This document shows positions 12,866 through 24,200 of a DNA stretch of 64,000 nt, piece by piece. The stretch's first letter is position 1; the number at the start of each line of letters is the position of its first letter. The DNA lies in NCBI GenBank assembly GCA_950097015.1, contig CATNEN010000001.1, positions 20,274,001 through 20,338,000 on the forward strand, written 5' to 3'. The notes under the pieces are model-generated. The model searched no databases, had not been told where the DNA came from, and saw nothing but the letters and a program-made list of their open reading frames with translations. Source of the DNA: Macrostomum hystrix. Its lineage: Eukaryota; Animalia; Platyhelminthes. Position numbers and translations under genes: made by a program.

Positions 12866-15217
12866 AATAACGACTTTAAAATAGCGTAAAAGCTCCGAAA
12901 TAAAGAATTTTTAGAAATGCTGAATTTTAAAGAAAAAAAATGATGAAATTGATTTAGCAGACAATCGGAACTCGCAATTCCAAGGCACGTGCTGTTTTAG
13001 GTGAAGCAAAACTTCATTTAAAGCAGTAATTAAATTGTTACTTTTCCGCCACAGCTTTAGACCACAACTCTCTCTCTCTGAAGGTTTCCACCTGAAGTTC
13101 ATTCGAAGCACTTCTGCTGATGCAATGGGGTGCGGGGAACGACAGAAGTCGGACTAAATCCATCCAACCTACATTATGCAGTGGGATTGTCGGGAAACAG
13201 GTGTGTGTGTGCGCGCGTGCGTTTTCGCTGTAATCAGTTCAGATGCTGAAATTTTTTAGGACTTTCTAGAATTTTATGCGCCCCACCTGCACCAACTATA
13301 AGCCTGCGAAAAATATGGGGAAGAGAGCTGTGGAGTATACAGTGCGGTATCCAAGGGGATTTTTAGTTTATAAACCGATTGCCAATCCAGGGAGGGCCTT
13401 GTGCAATATCGCTTGCCTCATAGCTTATAATACAACAGTGGCATTATAAACATGTCAGAAATGTCACACAAGATCTCCCCCAGCCCCCAATGCTGCAGTG
13501 ACAGCTTTCAGAATGTCCTATAAAGAGACTTGGCGCTTTTACGAGCGAGAGGAAGATTTGACCCGGAATTAAATCCTGTGCGCGCAGCATTGATACAAAT
13601 GCCACCGGATAGACTTTTTCTCATAAAGAATTCTTTCTATCTAGTTTGATAACACGGATAGAAAGTGATTCAAGAAAGTTTTACCCCATGTTTGCAACAA
13701 TCGTGTCTCGTACGGTAACTGGGTTCGCTTCTGCTGCGTCATAACTTTGAAAGAAAGAATGCGAAAAAAATTACTGTGCATTTTCCGCATATTAGCAATT
13801 GCCAGAATGCCTCTTACAACACTGTAACAAAACTAAAATAAATAAAGCGATAGATTAGCAAAACAAACGTCAAATATTGAATCGGTTATGAGGGTGTTAA
13901 AAATGAATAATCTTTGTATAAAAGCGCTGTTTGTTTATATATTTATTTATCTACAAACCACCAATATAGAAACAGTCTGTGAGCGTAACTATTGAAACAC
14001 TAAGTAATTCGGATTGTAAATCTATCTTTCAGCAATTCGCGTATTGTGTTATCGCGCTAGGAAAATTAAATGCTAATATTTATTGCTCCAAATTTTATTT
14101 ATTTTTTGGTGAAGCAATTTATTACCATATATGAAAAACTTTTTCCACTGGTCCAGTTAGAAGCATCGTTCACGGATAGCAGAAGTTCTTAGGTAATTTA
14201 CGGGTTATCATACGATTTGTCCGATTTTTTACAATGCAGAACTTTGATTCATTCATTGAGGAAGGTTACTTTTTTATACAAAGCAAGTCACAATTACTTT
14301 TGAATTTCTATATAAAATCTTGTTTGCACAGATAAATAATAATCACAAATACACAGCGATGCACTTTAAGAAAATATGGCCGTCTTTGTTATACATTGTT
14401 TGTTGTTATGACGACGTAGTCGCGCTATTTCAGTTTCCAAACATTTTTTCTTCAGAATTTAATTGCTTCAGTACACCATGTATACTTAACTTATAGGAAG
14501 CGTTACATGGTAAATGATGCTGTGATCTTTCAGTCTTTTTTAAGGAGATACGTAGCAGCCATTTTTGGCATCTTTGCTCGTTTATGTACATGACAACTAA
14601 AAGCTTTATTTTTGCTAAATTGATGTTATTGCTAAAGTTTATGATACAAAAAATTGGAGGGCAAGTTTTAGTCTCAATTGCAATATAGTGACTAAATTTT
14701 GCAGTAAATAAAATATTGTAGGGAACATACCTTAAATATGTTATATAAATAAAAAACATCACTGCTTTAAATAGTAAAAAACACTAAAATAATAACATTT
14801 ACTCAAGCGTTCGACTTTTTTTATTGATTTATAGAATGATTGCACTCATCTATCTAAATCTAGCAAGGCAGCATATTATAAAATGCATTGAAAATTCTAA
14901 TTAAAAATTTAAAAAAGCCTTCCTTCGTTATTAATAAAGCTCTGCATGTTCAAACAGTTATCCGAGTTTACTTTGTGCTGAACAAACCTCTAATTAGCTT
15001 TAATTATTTAGTTTGACTATATTTTATAAATACGTTTGCGAGATGACGAACCTAAAATGTCAGAATATGACTTTGTAAACAGTTTATTAAATCATATCTA
15101 GTTTTAATAGAACCCTAATTGTATCGCACATCATATTTTTACTGATAAAAATACATTTTTTATTCATTCATATTGCCTGAAAACAAAGCAACCTTTTAAT
15201 TCCAGTTTTAAGTGACC

Positions 15218-18200
15218 ATGGTTGTCCGACGTGGCAAAGGGAAGGATGACAAGTCACCTCCCGAGGATGTGGTGAGCGAAAACACAGTGAATCTGCATTA
15301 AAAGTGGCCTAAAATAGACAAATAATTTAATTACTTCTGTCTAAATTCTCCTCTTGCACAGTTCGAGCCACTCGTGCTGGAGTCGAAAACTGCTCAAACA
15401 GCCATACTCATGCTGGAGAGCCCAGAGGAGGAAGTTCAAGCCAAAGCCTGCGATGGATTGTACAGATTTGCCAACAAATGTAAATATAGAATTCGGGATT
15501 TACTGGATTTACAATTGATGGGATCTGGTATACTAAGAATCTGGGATTTACAGAATCTGGGATTCAAAGAATCTGGGATTCAAAGAATCTGGGATTCAAA
15601 GAATCTGGGATTCAAAGAATCTGGGATTCAAAGAATCTGGGATTCAAAGAATCTGGGATTCAAAGAATCTGGGATTCAAAGAATCTGGGATTCAAAGAAT
15701 CTGGGATTCAAAGAATCTGGGATTCAAAGAATCTGGGATTCAAAGAATCTGGGATTCAAAGAATCTGGGATTCAAAGAATCTGGGATTCAAAGAATCTGG
15801 GATTCAAAGAATCTGGGATTCAAAGAATCTGGGATTCAAAGAATCTGGGATTCAAAGAATCTGGGATTCAGAATGCCAACAAAATATCTACCCAAACAGG
15901 CGATGAGAACAAGAAGCTGCTGCTCGACAGTGGGGCGGTGGATGGCCTCCTTCGGCTGATGGCCTCCGAGGACAGGACAATTAAGCGGAACTCGTTGATG
16001 GCATTGGCCACCATGACTGCTCACGCTGATGTTCGCAAGTTGCTACGCAAACGACCAGAACCAGTGCCACTGCTACTGCGTCTGCTGCATCCAGAGGGTC
16101 AGTTGAATGTCGGTTTTGATGTTCCAATCGTTGACAGTTGTTAAATGAGTTTTATAGAATAGTTGCATATGTAGAAAGGTGTTAGACAGTTGGTTAGATG
16201 TTAGACAGGTAGTTAGTTAGATGTTAGACAGTTAGATGTCAGACTGGTAGTTAGATTTTAGACAGGTAGTTAGATGTTAGACAGGTAGTCAGATATTACA
16301 CAGGTTGTTAGATGTTAGACAGGTAGGCAGATGTTAGACAAGTAGTTAGATGATAGACAGATAGTTAGATGTTATACAGTTCGATGTTAGACATGTAGTT
16401 AGATGTTATACAGTTCGATGTTAGACAGTTAGAGATGTCAGACAGGTAGTTAGATGTTAGACAGGTAAGCAGATGTTAGACAGGTAGGCAGATGTTAGAC
16501 AGGTAGGCAGATGTTAGACAGGTAGACAGATGTTAGACAGGTAGGCAGATGTTAGACAGGTAGGCAGATGTTAGACAGGTAGGCAGATGTTAGACAGGTA
16601 GGCAGATGTTAGACAGGTAGGCAGATGTTAGACAGGTAGACATATGTTAGACAGGTAGACAGATGTTAGACAGGTAGGCAGATTTTACGTATACGCTCGT
16701 ACATAGTAAGCTGTCATTTTCAGAATTCACCACAACTCACGAATTCTCTACAATGGCTCTGAGCAATCTTGCTAAGGAGTTTGCCAGCATAGCAACTATT
16801 TTGGAGCACGGTGGACTCGAGCAGCTGGTCGATTGTCTGCGCGACGAGGACCCGGATGTGCAGAGAAACGCTGTTGAATGTCTGGGTCTGCTGCTTCAGG
16901 TAGAGCTTTAATTTATTTTAGTCTTAGCTTTCCAACTGTTCGCAAATTAAAAGTTCTAAAACCGATTCCAATTCAGGATTTCGAAGCGAAGGCGGCGTTA
17001 AAAGAAGCCGGTGGTCTGGAAGCGCTGCTGTCGCTGCTTCAGTCAGAGTTTCCAGCAATTCAGGAGCTGGCACTGCAGGCCTTGATCCGCGCCACGCAGG
17101 ACGGTGAGAAGCTGCACTGGATTTTTCAGGGAAAACATACGGGTGTCAGGAAAGTTTTGGGATGTCATAGAAAGTTTTGGGTGTCAGGGAAAGTAGTGGG
17201 GTGTCAGGGGAAGTACAGGGGTGTCAGGGGAAGTACAGGGGTGTCAGGGAATGTAGTGGGATGTCAGGAAAGTAGTGTAGTGTCAGTGGGTGTCAGATAA
17301 ATTAATGTGGTGTCAGAAAGTCGATTACACAGGCTGTTTAAAAAAAGTTCTTCACTGTCGTTTCACTTCAGCCGGCAACCGAGCTGGTCTCCGCGATCTG
17401 CAGGCGCTGAAGATCTTCGTGAACATGATTGGCCAGCCAGAGTATAACGACCTTCACGTTCACGCGCTTCACGTTCTTGCGAACTGCGCTGACGATATTG
17501 ACAGCCTGCTGGTGAGTTGATGGATTGGTTGGCTGGGGCTGAAAGCCTCAAACCATTCATCCACCTACCTACCCAACCTCCCATAGCAACTGAAGGAGAA
17601 TGGCGGCCTGGTTCGCTTTGTGGCCTTCATCACCGACCAGACTCCTCCAGCAGAGGAACTGGCTGCCAAGGACGCCAAGGGCAAGGCCAAGGGCAAGGGG
17701 AGCGCCAAGAAAAAGAAGGGAGAAGACGGTGAGTTCGAGTTGATGAAGACTGCCGAAAGGGATTTAGGAGATTCGGAAATCCCCTGAGAAGTACCCGAAA
17801 CACAATTTCCCCCAAAGTTTTGAGTTTGTTTAAGGGAGGGTGAGTGGCAGAGCGGTCTAACACGTTTACCTCTCGCACCAAGGTCCCTGAGCTCGATTCC
17901 GCGGCGAGGCCACATTCGTTTAGGGCGCAGCCGCGGAGAGAAGGCTTGGGGGCTTGTCGTGAAATTTACGCCCTTAAGTACTAACCTCCAAGGCACAGTG
18001 AGAGTGTAAACTGCCTGACGATGAGAAATTCAGGGCAGATGTACACACCTGTGTGAGCGTGTGCCTGCGTACGGTGCGTGTGTGCTCAGGAGTCAGGGAA
18101 ATGGTCAGAATTGCCTCCTCGCTGGTTTGGGGTCTGATGTTACCGAATGATGTGCCATTGCCGCAGCCCTCCGGCAATCATCTTTTTATCTTTATGTAAA

Positions 18201-21200
18201 ATCTATGCAAAAGTTTATGTGAAATCACACATTCCAACTTAAAACCAGCTGAGATGTAGTTCTGAAAATGCAACAAGAAGAATGGGATTTGATAGACTTA
18301 AAAGTCCCAGATCCAAAATGAAGGAAAGGGAATTTCGAAAAACAGAATCAATAGATTTTTGTTCCATCAGTCTTAAATTGCTTGCTCTCGACTGCCAACA
18401 GAGGACGTTACATCGGACGATGAAGATGAAGGAGGAGCAACTTGTGAGACAAGAGCCCAAGAATTAGATTTAATTTCAATGTTTCACTTTAAATGGCAAT
18501 TTCAATACGCGCTTGATTCAAAATGTCACAAAGCGAATTTGTTTACAATCTTACCTATTTGAGAATATTTTATCACATTTTTTATGTTTTTTCATTGCGC
18601 AATCAATTACAAACTATTGCGAATTATTCTGCTCTTCTTGCGTGATTCTACTTATGTCAGTAGGATAATTGCGTTTTATGGAAAAATTGAAATTTTATAG
18701 AAACTGTTTCCTTAGAAAAATGGACTAAAAGCAAAAATGCTATAATGGAAAATTTCCAAATTTTGCAATTCTGATTGCAGACAAGAAGGAATCTGAGAGT
18801 GTCCCGTCACACACCCTGCCTGAGGTGAAAATGCACGCCGCCAGGGCCATCGCCAGGGCTGCTAGAAGCGGTAAAAATACTTTTTTATTGTAAAAAGATG
18901 AAAAACGCTAAACACGCTACTACAAGTCAAATGCACAATGAAGTTAGTAATCTAATGAAGTATAATATTTTTTTGCAGAGGCCGGTAAGCGAGTGCTGCA
19001 CGACTGTGAGGCGGAGAAAATGCTGGTGCAGTTGCTAACGCACGAGGATGACAAGGTGCGAGCCGCTGCGGCAACCGCACTGGCCATCATGGGAGAGAGC
19101 TACGCGTGCCAGGAGGCCATCGTGAAGTATGGTAAGGGCTAGCGTGTATTAAAGATTTAATTTTTCGATACATATCGGATTGTATTTTATAAAAATTTTC
19201 ACAATAATGTGTCGTAAATTTTACTAAAATGTCAGCTAGATAAATAATTACTTAGACCTTGTACGAATGTCGGAAGCAAAACATGTTCTTTTTGATACAT
19301 ATAGGATATTTATCAATCGCGATATCATTTTATACAATTTATATTTCTAGCCTTAAAATTTTTTTTCGACACATGTCGGTTATCGCATAATATCCCATAA
19401 TAATAAATGTATGTGTGTCCGCAAGTCCGTAAGTGTTCTTATTTGTTGAAATACTTTATTCACTTTTAACAATATTCTTTATTTTGTATTATTATAGCCC
19501 TCTTTACAAACAAACCTTATAGAAGGACTCGAACCCCTGGTGAAAATGACAAAGCTGGATAACAAAGAGATTAAGGAGGCCAGCTCGCTCGCAGTGGCCA
19601 ATCTGACTTCGGGCAACGCGCAGATCTGCCAGTGAGTGCCGCAGCCGCCATAAATATAGATTTTCTATGAAACCTAAATAGCTTAGCTTTTCAATCGCTT
19701 TAATCGCTTCCAGAGCCGTGGGTTCCATCAGTCACGGCATCGAGAATCTCATCGGCTGTTTGGCCAACGAGAATGAGCGAATCGCCAGCAACGGCCTGGC
19801 AGCACTGATCAACCTGTCGGCTGATGACGGCCTGCGACACAAAGTTCTGCACCTGGGACTGCTCAATGCGCTGCATAATCCGCTGGGCTCCAAGTGAGAA
19901 CTCTGATCTCAAGCTGGGCGATCCCTACCGAACCTTCTTATTCCATATCCCATCCCATCAGATCCCCTCCGATCCCATCCCATCCCATCACAACACATCA
20001 GATCCCATCCCATCCCATCTTATCAGATCTCATCAAATTCGATCCGTTCCCATTAGATACCGTCGCATCCCATCCCATCCCATCCCATCCCATCCCATCC
20101 CATCCCATTCCATTCCATCCCATCCCATCCCATCCCATCCCATCCCATTCCATTCCATCCCATCCCATCCCAACCCATCCCATCCCATTCCATTCCATTC
20201 CATCCCATCCCATCCCATCCCATCCCATCCCATTCCATTCTATTCCATTCCATTCCATTCCATTCCATCCCATCCCATCCCATCACATCACATCCCATCC
20301 CATTCCATTCCATCCCATCCCATCCCATTCCATTCCATTCCATCCCATCCCATCCCATCCTATCCCATCTCATCCTATACCATCCGATCATCTGATCCGA
20401 TGCTATCCTTTCCCAAAGGATCTACAAGATCCCTATCCCCTAAAACTATCCCCACCCCACCCAGATCCCAGCTCGTGCAGGAGCGAGCCGCCACAGCCAT
20501 TGCCGTCTACGTCTGCGAGCCGGGTCCCAGGGCGGACTTCAGAAACGGCAAGTGCCTGCCGCTGCTGGTGCCGCTGCTCATGTCCGACAGTGACCCGGTG
20601 AGGCGGGCGGCCTGCTGGGCACTGGCTGTTCTCGCAGCCGACTCCGACACGGCCGCTGAGATCTACAAGCTCAGGTAAGTGAATTGATACTCAATAGATT
20701 CAATAACTCAATGGACTCACAGGTTCAGATGAAACTTAAAGAGAACCTTCGGTTTAAATCAATAGTGAGGGGGCTGTAGTCTAGTGATTACAAATCGACA
20801 AACTTATCAGCTAGGGGGACATAGAGAGAGCCTAACAGACTACAGCGTGCCGCATTGACTGTTCAAATATGAGACAGGGGAGAGATGGGACACGGGAGAG
20901 ATGAGACACAGGAGAGATGAGACACGGGAGAGATGGGACACGGGAGAGATGAGACACGGGAGAGATGAGACAGGGGAGAGATGATAAACTGGAGAGATGA
21001 GACACGGGAGAGATGAGAAAGGGGAGAGATGAGATAGGAGAGAGATGAGACTCGGGATAGATGAAACACGGAGAGATGAGACACGGGAGAGATGAGACAC
21101 GGGAGAGATGAGACACGGGAGAGATGAGACACGGGAGAGATGAGACACGGGAGAGATGAGATGAGAGATGAGATGAGACACGGGAGAGATGAGATGAGAG

Positions 21201-24200
21201 ATGAGACACGGGAGAGATAAGACACAGGAGTGATGAGACACGGGAGTGATGAGACACGGGAGATATGAGACACGGGAGAGATGAGACAAGGGAGGGATAA
21301 GACAGGAGAGAGATGAGACTGCGAACTTCGAGGAGCTTCGAGTTTGCCGACCCCTGGGTTAGAGCGTCGGACTCACGCCTTGAAGGTCGGGGGTTGGATT
21401 CCCGACTCCGCTGGAATAATCCGTTTCCTTTTGAAGCAACTTAACTCTGCGTTGCTTCAGTTAACCCAGCTGTTAAATCGGTACCGGCATTAGCTGCTGG
21501 GAGTGACTGGATTGGATTGGCTGTTAAATGGGTACCAGCTTAAGCTGGGGTATTTGAGGGCTACAACCCCTCACTATAGGCTACAACCCCCACTGTAGGC
21601 TACAAAACCCACTATAGGCTACAACCCCCACTATAGGCTTCAACCACTCACTGTAGGCTACAACCCCCACTATAGGCTACAACCCCCCCTGTAGGCTACA
21701 ACCCCCACTATAGGCTACAACCCCCACTATAGGCTACAAACCCCACTATAGGCTACAACCCCCACTATAGGCTACAAACCCCACTATAGGCTACAAACCC
21801 CACTATAGGCTACAAACCCCACTATAGGCTACAACCCCCACTATAGGCTACAACCCCACTATAGGCTACAACCCCCACTATAGGCTACAACCCCCACTAT
21901 AGGCTACAACCCCCACTAAAGGCTACAACCCCACTATAGGCTACAACCCCCACTATAGGCTACAAACCCCACTATAGGCTACAAACCCCACTAAAGGCTA
22001 CAACCCCCACTGTAGTCTACAACCCCCACTATAGGCTACAACCCCCACTATATGCTACAAACCCCACTATAGGCTACAAACCCCACTATAGGCTTCAACC
22101 ACTCACTGTAGGCTACAACCCCCACTATAGGCTACAACCCCCACTATAGGCTACAACCCCACTATAGGCTACAACCCCACTATAGGCTACAACCCCACTA
22201 TAGGCTACAACCCCCACTATAGGCTACAACCCCCACTATAGGCTTCAACCACTCACTGTAGGCTACAACCCCCACTATAGGTTACAACCCCACTATAGGC
22301 TACAACCCCCACTATAGGCTACAACCCCCACTATAGGCTACAACCCCCACTATAGGCTACAACCCCACTATAGGCTACAACCCCCACTATAGGCTACAAA
22401 CCCCACTATAGGCTACAAACCCCACTATAGGCTACAACCCCCCCTGTAGGCTACAACCCCCACTATAGGCTACAACCCCCACTATAGGCTACAAACCCCA
22501 CTATAGGCTACAACCCCCACTATAGGCTACAAACCCCACTATAGGCTACAAACCCCACTATAGGCTACAAACCCCACTATAGGCTACAACCCCCACTATA
22601 GGCTACAACCCCCACTATAGGCTACAACCCCCACTATAGGCTACAACCCCCACTATAGGCTACAAACCCCACTATAGGCTACAACCCCCACTGTAGGCTA
22701 CAACCCCCACTGTAGGCTACAACCCCCACTATAGGCTACAACCCCCACTATAGGCTACAACCCCCACTATAGGCTACAACCCCCACTATAGGCTACAACC
22801 CCCACTATAGGCTACAACCCCCACTATAGGCTACAACCCCCACTATAGGCTACAACCCCCACTATAGGCTACAAACCCCACTATAGGCTACAAACCCCAC
22901 TAAAGGCTACAACCCCCACTATAGGCTACAAACCCCACTAAAGGCTACAACCCCCACTGTAGTCTACAACCCCCACTATAGGCTACAACCCCCACTATAG
23001 GCTACAACCCCCACTATAGGCTACAAACCCCACTATAGGCTACAACCCCATATATTTAACTGTCCCTTACTGAATGCACCCAATGGCCCCATTGCAGAGG
23101 CCTGGAGCTGCTGCAAGCCATCAACAAGTCGGACACCAAACGCACGAAATTCTCCGAAATCGCTTTGAACAAACTGCTTGACAACAATTTGAGCCTTAAA
23201 TATGCCCTAACTGGCTTCCTCTGTAAGTCCGACGTTATTAGGAAATTATTTCCTTCATCGCACTACTCATTGAGGCGAATCAGTAGTAATGAACGCAGAT
23301 GATAATTCCGCATCAAACAATCTGACAGCCACTACGGATCGAATTCCGGATTTGTTCTACGACCCGGGCCAATTGCGCCTAGACGAGCACCTGCCCTCCC
23401 TGGAGACCTACAGCCGTCAGGAGGTCAGCACCCGCAGGCCGGTGCTGCTGCTTAACACCACCGCGCCACCGTGAGTCTGTCTGAGGCTTTTATTAGAGTC
23501 TCACAATAACTGCGCTCACTCGAGTTCACTTGAGTTCACTTAAGTTCACTTGAGTTCACTCGAGTTCACTTGAGTTCACGTAGGCGCCAAAAGGTTTTGT
23601 AAGATTGGATAGATTTTAGCTTCTATCTCGGCAGTGTAAATTCAAGACTCTTAAGTTTGAAGTTAGGAATACGCAAGAATAATAAGACAGGCCCTTGATC
23701 TGTCACTCTTGATCTGGCACTATTAATCTGTCACTCTTGATCTGTCACTCTTGATCTGTCACTCTTGATCTGTCACTCTTAATCTGTCACTCTTAATCTG
23801 TCACTCTTGATCTGTCACTCTTGATATGTCACTCTGAATCTGTCACTCTGAATCTGTCACTCTTGATCTGTCACTCTTGATCTGTCACTCTTGATCTGTC
23901 ACTCTTGATCTGGCACTCTTGATCTTTCACTCTTGATCTTTCACTCTTAATCTGTCACTCTTTATCTGTCACTCTTGATCTTTCACTCTTGATCTGTCAC
24001 TCTTGATCTTTCACTCTTGATCTGTCACTCTTGATCTGTCACTCTTGATCTTTCACTCTTGATCTGTCACTCTTGATCTTTCACTCTTGATCTGTCACTC
24101 TTGATCTGTCACTCTTGATCTGTCACTCTTTATCTGTCACTCTTGATATGTCACTCTGAATCTGTCACTCTTGATCTTTGACTCTTGATCTGTCACTCTT

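Noticed and set aside
14430-14762. 110-aa AT-rich minus-strand ORF
   Set aside because: Composition is unlike the GC-rich host exons and there is no recognisable domain.
18004-18047. Hammerhead ribozyme in SINE A (CTGACGA..GAAA)
   Set aside because: There is no helix II between CUGACGA and GAAA; the segment folds more simply as one hairpin (CTGCCTGA/TCAGGGCAG).
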